From: a virus
Taxonomy: Duplodnaviria > Caudoviricetes
IMG/VR virus record: IMGVR_UViG_3300020159_000747
Location: 1-56,449 of that record
Length of the DNA stretch: 56,449 nt
Reading direction: 5' to 3' (one strand)
The number at the start of each line of letters is the position of its first letter. The stretch's first letter is position 1. This document shows, one piece after another, positions 8,230-16,826 of the stretch. The translations under genes and the position numbers were made by a program. The notes below the pieces were generated by a model that saw only the letters and a program-made list of their open reading frames with translations, searched no databases and had not been told where the DNA came from.

Positions 8230-8337
8230 ATGTCGCAGTGTAATTGGTGCGGAGATAATTACGAGAGTAGCCTATGGACTACTCACCTATGTATTGAACC
8301 AAAGGAGAGAGATGCAGACTTTCCTACCGCTATCTAA
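8230..8337 (+). CDS. Small zinc-finger protein (35 aa)
   Basis: AAGGAG RBS; CNWC...HLC. Confidence 0.5.
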   Translation: MSQCNWCGDNYESSLWTTHLCIEPKERDADFPTAI

Positions 8338-8725
8338 TTTTAGAGAGAGTGCTAGGGTGCTGGACATGCGCCGATTAGGTAAGCAAAGAGTTGAGGCTTA
8401 CCAAATTATGAGAGTTCTTAACGGAGAGAGTAAGGGTGGCGGTTGGCGTAACCACCCTGCCGTTCTCATGTGGAGAGATTACGAACCTGCCCTTTACGAG
8501 TATGGGCGCATAGTTTGTGTTGAGTGGCGAGAGAGAGGTTACAAGGACACCCTACTAGACAAGTTCCCTGTTGAGCCTGTAGTCTATCCTTCATGGCTAG
8601 GCGACCCCGACTTTCATAGGTCGCACCAAGCGAACCTAGTTAGGAAGTTTGCAGAGCATTATCGGCAATACTTCCCTGATGTAGATGAAACCTTGCCATA
8701 CCATTGGCCTATTACTAAGGAGTAA
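8312..8725 (+). CDS. Pyrimidine-dimer DNA glycosylase / endonuclease V family (MSMEG_6728-like)
   Basis: MQTFLP...LDMRRLGKQRVEAYQI, WRNHPAVLMW, HRSHQANL; AAGGAG RBS. Confidence 0.85.
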   Translation: MQTFLPLSNFRESARVLDMRRLGKQRVEAYQIMRVLNGESKGGGWRNHPAVLMWRDYEPALYEYGRIVCVEWRERGYKDTLLDKFPVEPVVYPSWLGDPDFHRSHQANLVRKFAEHYRQYFPDVDETLPYHWPITKE

Positions 8726-8728
8726 CAA

Positions 8729-9016
8729 GTGGGTAAAAAAGTAAATGTAGTATTTGACGCAACACTAAAGAAGAACCCTGAAAAAGGTGGCGCATGGTTA
8801 GCCCGCGTTACTACTTATGATGAGGGTATCGACGAAGGTAATGTAATTGTAACAACCGCATGGTCTAACGCGAGCGCAGGTAAGCGTTGGATTAAAGAGA
8901 TGGTTATCAAGATGACCACACGCAAGTCTGTAAAAATGGGCCCAGGAGCTACGCTTGACGCGAAGGGAAAACCGACAGAGTTTGCAGGCCAAGTTATATT
9001 TAAGAGAGAGATTTAA
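8729..9016 (+). CDS. Hypothetical protein
   Basis: 95 aa, AAGGAG RBS. Confidence 0.7.
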   Translation: MGKKVNVVFDATLKKNPEKGGAWLARVTTYDEGIDEGNVIVTTAWSNASAGKRWIKEMVIKMTTRKSVKMGPGATLDAKGKPTEFAGQVIFKREI

Positions 9017-9023
9017 TATTTAA

Positions 9024-9149
9024 ATGTCTACTTTTAACTATTCTTTTGACCCTATTGTCCCTAACGGCGATTGGAACATATCTTCACCAGTTGAAGAGAG
9101 TGAAGAAGAGTTTGAAGAGTTTGAGGTAGGTGACGACGATGAAGATTAA
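9024..9149 (+). CDS. Small acidic peptide (41 aa)
   Basis: MSTFNYSFDPIVPNGDWNISSPVEESEEEFEEFEVGDDDED. Confidence 0.45.
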   Translation: MSTFNYSFDPIVPNGDWNISSPVEESEEEFEEFEVGDDDED

Positions 9150-9291
9150 TGTAAGTAACTACGAAGTTCTAATAGAGTTACATAAGAGACGCAGGAATAC
9201 AGAAATGGTGTCCTGCTATCACTGCGGTAGGTCTTTCTTAATTGTTAAAAACAATAAGAGAGTCTATAATTACTGCAATAGTTGTGGTTAG
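9139..9291 (+). CDS. Small zinc-ribbon protein (50 aa)
   Basis: AGGTG RBS; CYHC...CNSC. Confidence 0.5.
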   Translation: MKINVSNYEVLIELHKRRRNTEMVSCYHCGRSFLIVKNNKRVYNYCNSCG

Positions 9292-9298
9292 GATTTAA

Positions 9299-9415
9299 TA
9301 GCGCTGGGTGTTCCTCATCTCCGCCCTTAATTATGGCTTCCGTCCCTTCGCCATAATTAACGCTATAGCATAAAGAAAGCCCCCCTAGTTCGGGTCTAGG
9401 GGGGCTCTCTACTTT
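9299..9415 (+). ncRNA. Candidate sRNA with two C/U-rich loops
   Basis: -10 TAGGAT (9289-94); closing stem TAGCG/CGCTA, two hairpins with pyrimidine loops, then a terminator. Confidence 0.45.
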
Positions 9416-9416
9416 A
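9372..9416. terminator. Bidirectional terminator between convergent gene blocks
   Basis: AGCCCCCCTAG-TTCGGGT-CTAGGGGGGCT flanked by A-rich and T-rich tracts. Confidence 0.8.
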
Positions 9417-9421
9417 TATAT

Positions 9422-11458
9422 TTAATTATCTTTTATAGGCACTTCGCAGAAGTCTGTTGAGCAATATTTTTCACCGATTGCATCCGCTGCCATTCCTGCA
9501 TAGACATCAGTAAAGTCAATAGGCAATAACTTCATAGTAGATTTGTCGTATTCTTCTTTAGTTATCTGCGTGTATGGCATTTGTGGGTAAGTCTCGTTCC
9601 CCATAGGTAGGAAGGAAACGGTTTTGAGTTGCCCATCAAACATATGTAGCACTGTTCCTACGGCGTCTTTTTCAGTATTTGCGTTAAAGGATACTGTAAC
9701 GCTAACGCTGTTGTCTGACCAATAACGCTGTGCCATCGCCGCGAGAGACATCTTCTCGTAGATAGAAACATCCTTTTCCGACCTTTTTGCAGAGGACTTA
9801 ATAGGGAAAAACACCACGCTAGTAGTCTTAGGAGATTCCGAAGCTTTTTCTACTTTATAACCTGACGCCTTAAAGAGAGGAAGCATAGGGTCATCGTTTC
9901 CAAAGCGGATTGCACGAAGGAAATACTCACCACCAGGAGTCCAATGCACCCCAGGAGATTCACCAGCAAGGATAGATACTGTTCCTGATGGTTTAACTGT
10001 CGTAGTCTTAATAGATTCGCGGATACCTAACCATTCGGAGTATGTGCGGTCGTAGTTTTGGATGACTGCGTATCCCTCGTCCATCCACACACGAAGAGTT
10101 GGTAGCCCTACGCGGTCTGCAAAGTTGGCTACACCAGACATAGAAGTTCCGATGCGACGATTGCGCTGCATGATTGCGTTAGTTTCTTCCCAGTGGGTAG
10201 GTAGCAATGTGACGGTCTTCGCGTAAAGGTAAGCAAACTTCAATGTGCGCTTGTAATCTTCTATAGAGTCGTGGCGGTTGAGGTAAGTTTCAACCAGAGT
10301 GCAACACTCAAATGATTCCAAAGACTGTTCAGCGCATGGATTGTAACCAGCGGCTCGATGGTCTTTATTATTGATTGGGTCAATAAGACGACCATACTGA
10401 CGAGTAACATCCATCCAGATAACACCAGGCTCACCGTTCAGGGCAATACCCTCAACAATGTGTTCTAAATTAGAACCGACTGATACCTCAACGGAGTTGT
10501 TAGACATCCAGGCCCAACCAGGAGCTGAGCTGTCGTATGAGTTGCGCTCTGGGAACTTGGCAGGGTTCTTTAAATTTAAAAAGGTTTGGTCATCTAATCT
10601 ACCCATGAGTAGCTCGGCTGAGCGGCGGACGTTGCCAGAGACAACACACACTCCGATTAAATTACCTAAATCGGCAATATCTACCCTTGTTAATTTAGAA
10701 TTGGCTCTTTTCTTGTTAAAGACAGAGCGGACGTGATTGTGCAGCTTCTCCAGCGGCTCGTGGCCCGCGGCCGTGCCTCCGAAAGTCTTGATGGGAACAC
10801 CTGCTGGACGGATTAGGGAATAATCAAATACATACACAGGCTGTTCTGGTTTTAAGTAGGAGTTTATGAGCATGCTGACTGACTCAACCCAGCCCTCACG
10901 GGTATCTGGAATCTGGATGGTTACTTCTGGCAACTTAGGCTCGTAGATTGTGAAGTCCTTGTCCGCACCCTTGTCGTCAAAGCCAACACCTACGCCCAAC
11001 ATTGATGCTTCCATTAGAAAAGCAAACGGCTTAGCGGGGTCTAATTTAGACATGCTAGAAGTAGAGACAAAAGCACAGTTCTGCAGTGCTGCTGAGTTCT
11101 TGAGCTCATTGACAAGCGGGGTGCCCATAACCCACAGACCTCGGCCTGGTGGAGTCCACTTTAAATTAAACAAACGGTCAAAGGCTTCCTTAGCCGAAGC
11201 CTGGGCCCTGGAGTCATTCCAGGGTAAACGCTGAGACTTGCAGTGGTCTTTCTGGATGGAATACATGCCCTCAATTACGCGTTGGCAAACATCGGTCCAA
11301 GTTTCCTTTTCCCCATTTTCTTTTAATCGGGAGTAGGTTCTTAAAAAGGTAATTTCGCCAACTGAGTTACCAGCGGCATCTTGGTATCCCCAAGGCACTT
11401 TCTTTTCGCGGTAGTCCTTTAAAAAATCTTCTGCTAGGCGAAAAGTTAATGCCATCAT
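9422..11458 (-). CDS. nrdJ: Class II (adenosylcobalamin-dependent) ribonucleotide reductase
   Basis: TPPGRGLW, LQNCAF, GNVRRSA, NPCAEQ, TTVKPSGT, C-terminal CSTDFC. Confidence 0.93.
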   Translation of the reverse strand: MMALTFRLAEDFLKDYREKKVPWGYQDAAGNSVGEITFLRTYSRLKENGEKETWTDVCQRVIEGMYSIQKDHCKSQRLPWNDSRAQASAKEAFDRLFNLKWTPPGRGLWVMGTPLVNELKNSAALQNCAFVSTSSMSKLDPAKPFAFLMEASMLGVGVGFDDKGADKDFTIYEPKLPEVTIQIPDTREGWVESVSMLINSYLKPEQPVYVFDYSLIRPAGVPIKTFGGTAAGHEPLEKLHNHVRSVFNKKRANSKLTRVDIADLGNLIGVCVVSGNVRRSAELLMGRLDDQTFLNLKNPAKFPERNSYDSSAPGWAWMSNNSVEVSVGSNLEHIVEGIALNGEPGVIWMDVTRQYGRLIDPINNKDHRAAGYNPCAEQSLESFECCTLVETYLNRHDSIEDYKRTLKFAYLYAKTVTLLPTHWEETNAIMQRNRRIGTSMSGVANFADRVGLPTLRVWMDEGYAVIQNYDRTYSEWLGIRESIKTTTVKPSGTVSILAGESPGVHWTPGGEYFLRAIRFGNDDPMLPLFKASGYKVEKASESPKTTSVVFFPIKSSAKRSEKDVSIYEKMSLAAMAQRYWSDNSVSVTVSFNANTEKDAVGTVLHMFDGQLKTVSFLPMGNETYPQMPYTQITKEEYDKSTMKLLPIDFTDVYAGMAADAIGEKYCSTDFCEVPIKDN

Positions 11459-11568
11459 AGTCTCCTCTTGTTTAATTGAACGTATAGTTTATACGTGCGT
11501 TACATCTGTTTTGGAACTAACCCTGTTCCAGGGTGTTGCTAAGGTCTCTTATATGATAATAGGAAATC

Positions 11569-13035
11569 CTATTCTTCTATAGCGCCCTTGATTATTTCTG
11601 TGGTTTGGGCTTCGTTGAACCCGCCATTTGGTAACTCTTTTAGGGCTTGAGCCTTGTCTCCGAAGATAGAACTTAGCACACCAGCAGAGCCTTGTCGCTC
11701 TACAGTCATGCGAATAAACTCACGTGAGTCGTCCAACTCTTTGGTAGTTTTAATCAATTTAAATAGGCGGTCAATTTCCTGAGAAACGTTAGGGTCAGCG
11801 TATCCGCCGTTCATTTCTTCAGCAAAACGCATAAAAGCAACGCGTTGTCCCTGCATTTCTATAATTGCATTAATCAAACTCTTAAGTTGGTCTTTAGTCT
11901 TTACTTCTATTGGTAACTTAAAAGCACATACAGATTGAGGCTTGAAAGCGGGGCAGTTAGTGGCTACAAAACAAGTGTCGCATGCACGAAGTGAGGTCTG
12001 TTGGGAGTTGATTGAGGTGACATCTTTGATAGTCCCATCCTCATCAATTTCGGTCTTTGTATTAAATCCGAAGACTGGAAGATTGCCCATTTCAGCAGGG
12101 TTTCGCGGCTCAAGTTTCCGCATATCTACCCCCCTATTATCATATACGGCAGGAGCACTTTCCCCACTTTGCTCCACTTCACTCCCCTCACTGTTATCAT
12201 ATAACATTGGGTCTTCTGGATTACCGTTCATCTTGTTCATCCTTACTTCAAACTGTTCGTATGACCACACGGCTAACTTAGCAACTTCTTGTGGGTCGTC
12301 CTCAAGAATCTTATCTATATCCAAGCCAGCCTTTTCATAGGTCGCCTTGTATCTAGCACGTGCTTGGTCTTTCATTTTCTTTGGGTAGCGGACAAGCCTA
12401 GTGCCATCCCAAATAATAGTCTCACCATGCATCATTGGTGATAGCCACGATAAGGTGCTTGCGGAGTCAAATGGGACTTGACGCAGGTTATCTGGCTTGG
12501 CGCATCCTAACGCATGCCAGCGTGTCCCCTGACGCTTGCTATGGATACGAGTAGCGCTTGCCAACTGGGTCTCTGTCTCGATGGCGTCGCCTGGAATAGC
12601 AATATCTAGGTAATACTCAACTAGGTTCTTTAGGCCTTCGTAACCTGTCTGTGGCTGCCATACAGGCACGAACTTAGCAGGTGGGACCTCTGACCACACA
12701 TCCTTGCGTTGTTGGTCTATGAACTCAGGGTCAATGCCGTAGCCGTTAATCTCATAAAAGGTGGTAAGCCTGTCCATATTTACAGCCACGAAATGCTCGT
12801 AACCAGCTGCAAACTCTTCTAGCTCAGCTGGGCCCAGCTTCAGCGTCTTGGGCAGGCCAGGGGATACATAAATATAGAAATCTTTATTAAAGTAGTTTTC
12901 TAATAGATACTCTTTGGTCTTTGGCAGGCCACGTTGCACCAGGCGGTAGTAGCTCACTCCCACATGGTTGGCTGTGGTTTCCTCAAGTATTACTCTATTT
13001 GAAGGAACCTCAGCACCTAAGTAAATAATCTTCAT
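11569..13035 (-). CDS. Degenerate DpdA/TGT-fold protein fused to a 4-Cys C-terminal domain
   Basis: IYLG, VSYY, VPVW, DIAIPG, HALG and PFDSASTLSW follow the phage TGT-like motif order; C-terminal CDTC-x5-C-x8-C. Confidence 0.55.
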   Translation of the reverse strand: MKIIYLGAEVPSNRVILEETTANHVGVSYYRLVQRGLPKTKEYLLENYFNKDFYIYVSPGLPKTLKLGPAELEEFAAGYEHFVAVNMDRLTTFYEINGYGIDPEFIDQQRKDVWSEVPPAKFVPVWQPQTGYEGLKNLVEYYLDIAIPGDAIETETQLASATRIHSKRQGTRWHALGCAKPDNLRQVPFDSASTLSWLSPMMHGETIIWDGTRLVRYPKKMKDQARARYKATYEKAGLDIDKILEDDPQEVAKLAVWSYEQFEVRMNKMNGNPEDPMLYDNSEGSEVEQSGESAPAVYDNRGVDMRKLEPRNPAEMGNLPVFGFNTKTEIDEDGTIKDVTSINSQQTSLRACDTCFVATNCPAFKPQSVCAFKLPIEVKTKDQLKSLINAIIEMQGQRVAFMRFAEEMNGGYADPNVSQEIDRLFKLIKTTKELDDSREFIRMTVERQGSAGVLSSIFGDKAQALKELPNGGFNEAQTTEIIKGAIEE

Positions 13036-13142
13036 TCACGGCCCCAGGTATGGCCACACTTGGAACATAACCAGGCTTTATCTCCAACATATTCCAGAGT
13101 TTTGGAATCGCATCCTTGTGGACACTTTGGTGTGTCTGTCAT
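13032..13142 (-). CDS. Zinc-ribbon microprotein (36 aa)
   Basis: MTDTPKCPQGCDSKTLEYVGDKAWLCSKCGHTWGRE, ATGA-coupled on both sides. Confidence 0.65.
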   Translation of the reverse strand: MTDTPKCPQGCDSKTLEYVGDKAWLCSKCGHTWGRE

Positions 13143-13600
13143 ATCCGTGGGTCCTCCTTATACGCGGCGTTCTGTGAGTCTATCTCTTCTACAATCTTTT
13201 TCCAAGACTTGACACCCTTTCGGCTATCAGGCCTGAACTCTTCCCTAATGTAGGTAGGAGCCATAAATACTAGGGTAGTAATACCAACAGACAATAACTT
13301 AACAGTCAAGTCGGGGTCGGAAGTAATAACCAACTCCACTGGACCTTGGCTTTTAATCCACTCTACCAGTCTAAAGTCTGGGTCATCACCAAGTGCGGGG
13401 ACGTTGGATTTATCTACAACATCATCGATATTATTAATGCGTTGCTGACGAAGCCAGTGGTCTCCTTTTGTGACGTCATCACAAAGGATTAAAACACGGT
13501 TTTTTTCTTTAAGTGTTCTATATAAAGACATGCCGTCTTGAATAGGGCCACCAAGCCTAGTGTCTTTTAATACCCCGTCTAGAAAAACTAATATTGCCAC
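13139..13600 (-). CDS. HAD-fold protein (degenerate motif I)
   Basis: ILVFLDGVL in place of DxDGVL; LVITSDP in place of motif IV. Confidence 0.55.
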   Translation of the reverse strand: MAILVFLDGVLKDTRLGGPIQDGMSLYRTLKEKNRVLILCDDVTKGDHWLRQQRINNIDDVVDKSNVPALGDDPDFRLVEWIKSQGPVELVITSDPDLTVKLLSVGITTLVFMAPTYIREEFRPDSRKGVKSWKKIVEEIDSQNAAYKEDPRI

Positions 13601-13612
13601 GTATATACCCTA

Positions 13613-14545
13613 TCAGTTGTAGTGTGTAGCTGCTCTCCGTATTAGAGTGCTAGTTGTTGGTAGTTCCATGCCGTATGTCTGTGCTTCAAATTCTTGTTTT
13701 GTTTTCTTAGAAATTTCTTTTAGTTCTTTTAGTGCTTGTACAACTCCGCTTGCTTTTCCTGACTGCCAGCGATAATTATATACATCACCGTAACCTTGTC
13801 CACTAGGGCTAAATGCGTGTTTTCTACCCTGGTGAATATCTTCAAACAACGCAGCTCCCTGGTCTACAGCTAACTTTAGTGCAGCTTCAGCATTGCGTCT
13901 AGCAACATCTGTAGAAGCAGAACCTATATTAGATAAAGCCTCTGAATACCTAGATAAAATATCTACAGCTAGGGACTTATCTTGAGCTACGCGTCGGTCC
14001 CAGATTTTATTGTTAGGCACAGCTCTAACTTCAGGCTGCACAGTCCAGTCATCAGTTGTCAGTGAGTAAGCTGCGTATGGCTTTATAGTACGGATATCGG
14101 ACTGAACATTAACATAGAATGTCAATTCAAATATATCCAGAAAGTTTCCAGTGTTAGGGTGCAATTCCTTATTAAAATCCTCATTAAACATCTGGGAAAT
14201 CTCGCGGTCGCTCAACCCTTTGTACTTTGGATTAGCTTGACGGAATGACAAGTAGTTGACGCCAATCAAACAATCAAGGTCTGCTGGCTTTCTTGCTGCT
14301 GACCATTGGTATGACACGGCTGAGCCAGCTAACCAAACATGGATATAGGATTCTGGGTTACTGTAGCGAGCGCGTAAATGCTCAAGAAGGATTCTATAAA
14401 TTAAAGAACGGATATGGGGAACAATCTTCCCATTTCTAAACAGACGAGGGTCCAACCCAGCACCTGGGGTGCTGAAGTAGGAAGTCTCGGAGGGCTCTAT
14501 GGTGACTGGCTTAGCCTGCTTCACCAGCTCGTCATAGAAGTTCAT
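13613..14545 (-). CDS. Pol-beta-superfamily nucleotidyltransferase
   Basis: LAGSAVSYQW...ADLDCLIG (hGS-xn-DxD). Confidence 0.7.
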   Translation of the reverse strand: MNFYDELVKQAKPVTIEPSETSYFSTPGAGLDPRLFRNGKIVPHIRSLIYRILLEHLRARYSNPESYIHVWLAGSAVSYQWSAARKPADLDCLIGVNYLSFRQANPKYKGLSDREISQMFNEDFNKELHPNTGNFLDIFELTFYVNVQSDIRTIKPYAAYSLTTDDWTVQPEVRAVPNNKIWDRRVAQDKSLAVDILSRYSEALSNIGSASTDVARRNAEAALKLAVDQGAALFEDIHQGRKHAFSPSGQGYGDVYNYRWQSGKASGVVQALKELKEISKKTKQEFEAQTYGMELPTTSTLIRRAATHYN

Positions 14546-14552
14546 CTAGGTA

Positions 14553-14777
14553 TTATAGTTCTTTTTCTTTTTTCTCTTTGTGCATAACGTCGGTTTCGAA
14601 CTCAAATTTACGGTGCTTCTCTGGGGTATCGGTCTTAACTGGGTTCATATAGCCACACTGTTGATGCGCGGAAACAAACTGCTGGGCCCACATAATCACT
14701 AGGGACTCATTTGCAACTTCTTGCACATCTGCTTGGAACGACGCCATGCAATTGCATGACATTTCTATGAACGCCAT
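14553..14777 (-). CDS. Hypothetical protein
   Basis: 74 aa, AAGGGG RBS, CxC and HxxC. Confidence 0.65.
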   Translation of the reverse strand: MAFIEMSCNCMASFQADVQEVANESLVIMWAQQFVSAHQQCGYMNPVKTDTPEKHRKFEFETDVMHKEKKEKEL

Positions 14778-14798
14778 AGGAACACCCCTTAACTGTAC

Positions 14799-15125
14799 TT
14801 ACAGTATATCGCGCTCCTGCAGTGCTTGTTTGATTGAACTAGCAACGGAATCATCACTATCTTCTACAATAGGCTTCAAAAGGGCCATAACTTGGTAAGC
14901 AATAGCGCTTTGCATCATGCTGTCCACAATGTCCTGACACCCATGCTTGATGTCGTCAACTGTAGCCTCACGTTCAACTGTAATAGTGGTTGATAAATCC
15001 GCTGTAGCGTACCAATCGTTATTACCTTGTTTAATAATAATAAATGCTGTTTGTGCGTCAGGTTCTGCAGGGGTATTTTCTGCGATAGTTTCAATAACCT
15101 GTGCATCTTCAATGTTTTCTGTCAT
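14799..15125 (-). CDS. Hypothetical protein
   Basis: 108 aa, ATGA coupling. Confidence 0.7.
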   Translation of the reverse strand: MTENIEDAQVIETIAENTPAEPDAQTAFIIIKQGNNDWYATADLSTTITVEREATVDDIKHGCQDIVDSMMQSAIAYQVMALLKPIVEDSDDSVASSIKQALQERDIL

Positions 15126-15679
15126 TTGTATAGTCCTCTCGCTTGGTAAGCGCGTTTCTGGTTGTACATCTTAACAGGGCAGAAGTCACATAGGTGAATC
15201 TTTGCGTTTGATGCTTTTAACCCTGCTTCTAGACGGTCTTTTGCTGTATCTGGTTTTAGTTCTTTGCGGTCCGACTTATAGTCAGGACACTGGCCCTGTG
15301 GGCGATTATGGATAGCGTAACACTTCATCGCATCTGCTGAATACGTGTCTTTAACATTGTAGAAGTTAGTACCAAGGATGTCTAAGCCCCTAGAACCTCC
15401 GCCTAATATCTGTTCTTTAATCTGGTTAAGTATGCCCTCTTTAAGACTAGGGTTACCCATCCACGCAACCGTTAAACAGTCTGTAAGAACACCAAAGTGT
15501 CCTTGACGTTCGCAGTCGCCAATATACATTTGGATAAAGGGATTATCAGATTGGTCATAACGACCTTCACCTAAAGACTTACCAGTCTTGGTGTATGGAA
15601 TTTCTTGGATAGTTTTACACTGCTTACATACAAGCAGGTTCATTCTATCTGGCTCTAGCTCGTCAACGATGTTACCCAT
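15122..15679 (-). CDS. Cys-rich hypothetical protein
   Basis: CKQC, CYAIHNRP...CPDY, LCDFCP; leaderless start. Confidence 0.7.
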   Translation of the reverse strand: MGNIVDELEPDRMNLLVCKQCKTIQEIPYTKTGKSLGEGRYDQSDNPFIQMYIGDCERQGHFGVLTDCLTVAWMGNPSLKEGILNQIKEQILGGGSRGLDILGTNFYNVKDTYSADAMKCYAIHNRPQGQCPDYKSDRKELKPDTAKDRLEAGLKASNAKIHLCDFCPVKMYNQKRAYQARGLYK

Positions 15680-15696
15680 GACGGTAGCCTATCACA

Positions 15697-16224
15697 CTAC
15701 TTAGACTTTTTTAAAGCTGCCCTTGCTTTTGACATTTTTGCTTCTTTAGCGGCAAACTCAGCATCTGAAATCTTTTCGGTTTTCTTACCAGTTACAGTGT
15801 CAATTGTGGTCTTACGCTGGGTGCTTGGTCCAAGCTTTGCGGCTACTGCTTCAAGTGGTGAAGGTCCTGTTGATTTTTTTGTACCCCTTGGTGTTGGAGT
15901 AACTTTAGACCTGTCTTGCCCACCAGCCATGGCGTCTGTAATAAGCTTATGGCGTCTGTGGTCCGCTGCAGGGGAGTAATTATTTGGTTTACGAATTGCT
16001 GTGTTAGGGATAGAAAAATGACCACCAGCGTGGATTGCGGTTCCAGCAATATAGTTTGGGTGCTCTTTATCTGCTGATGCGGAAAGGATGGCGCGTTGAG
16101 CAGCGTTTTCTTTATCAAATTTAATAAACTTATGCTCTTTAGGGTTCATCGCCTCTTGAGCGCTTATCTTAATTTCGCCGTTTGCGTCCCTTGTTCCGCT
16201 AAGCTGGAACTCACTAGGGTTCAT
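15697..16224 (-). CDS. Basic low-complexity hypothetical protein
   Basis: 175 aa, Lys/Ala-rich C-terminus. Confidence 0.65.
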   Translation of the reverse strand: MNPSEFQLSGTRDANGEIKISAQEAMNPKEHKFIKFDKENAAQRAILSASADKEHPNYIAGTAIHAGGHFSIPNTAIRKPNNYSPAADHRRHKLITDAMAGGQDRSKVTPTPRGTKKSTGPSPLEAVAAKLGPSTQRKTTIDTVTGKKTEKISDAEFAAKEAKMSKARAALKKSK

Positions 16225-16403
16225 TTGTTACGCGCCTCAATAATATCGGCGCCTATTTTGCGCTCGTAATACTCAGAATCTTCCAACTTAGTTACATTAC
16301 TAGTTGGACCTGATGATTTATTGCCAAGCTTATCTAACGCAGAACCAAACTTTTGAAATTGGCGTACGCTATCAAACTCACGGCGACGTGGTGTCTTTGC
16401 CAT
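16221..16403 (-). CDS. Hypothetical protein
   Basis: 60 aa, translationally coupled. Confidence 0.55.
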   Translation of the reverse strand: MAKTPRRREFDSVRQFQKFGSALDKLGNKSSGPTSNVTKLEDSEYYERKIGADIIEARNK

Positions 16404-16404
16404 G

Positions 16405-16614
16405 TTAGTTACCCGCTGGGTTAACCTTGGCTTGTTCTTCTGAGTTAATAAAACCGTAGTTCATGTATGGATGTAGACCTGCGCGGTTCTTAACCACATC
16501 TTGGTCGCCCATTCCAGCAGCAACAGTTGTATTAGGACGGCGCTTACGATACTTGCCGTCTGTTGCACCGTCGGACATATCTCCGTTAAGTGAACGTGAT
16601 TGATTGACTGCCAT
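16405..16614 (-). CDS. Hypothetical protein
   Basis: 69 aa, TAATG coupling. Confidence 0.65.
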   Translation of the reverse strand: MAVNQSRSLNGDMSDGATDGKYRKRRPNTTVAAGMGDQDVVKNRAGLHPYMNYGFINSEEQAKVNPAGN

Positions 16615-16826
16615 TATGACATGCGTCCTTTCACTAATCGATGGGCCTTACGACGGTTGCAGTTTGGGCAAACGTCTTGGTCCCTCAATGATTGTACTGG
16701 GTTCATGCTTGAACCACAGGCTTTACAGCTTTTAGTGCCGTTATAAATGGTCTCAAGACTGACATCTGTAGCCCCAGCCATGCCTTCGCCAGTGCTATCT
16801 GTAAATAATCCTGGGTCTTTGCTCAT
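16614..16826 (-). CDS. Zinc-ribbon protein
   Basis: CKAC...CPNC. Confidence 0.65.
   Translation of the reverse strand: MSKDPGLFTDSTGEGMAGATDVSLETIYNGTKSCKACGSSMNPVQSLRDQDVCPNCNRRKAHRLVKGRMS

Noticed and set aside
11569-13035. Complete 7-deazaguanine DNA modification pathway
   Set aside because: No preQ0 biosynthesis genes are in the window and the catalytic residues appear lost.
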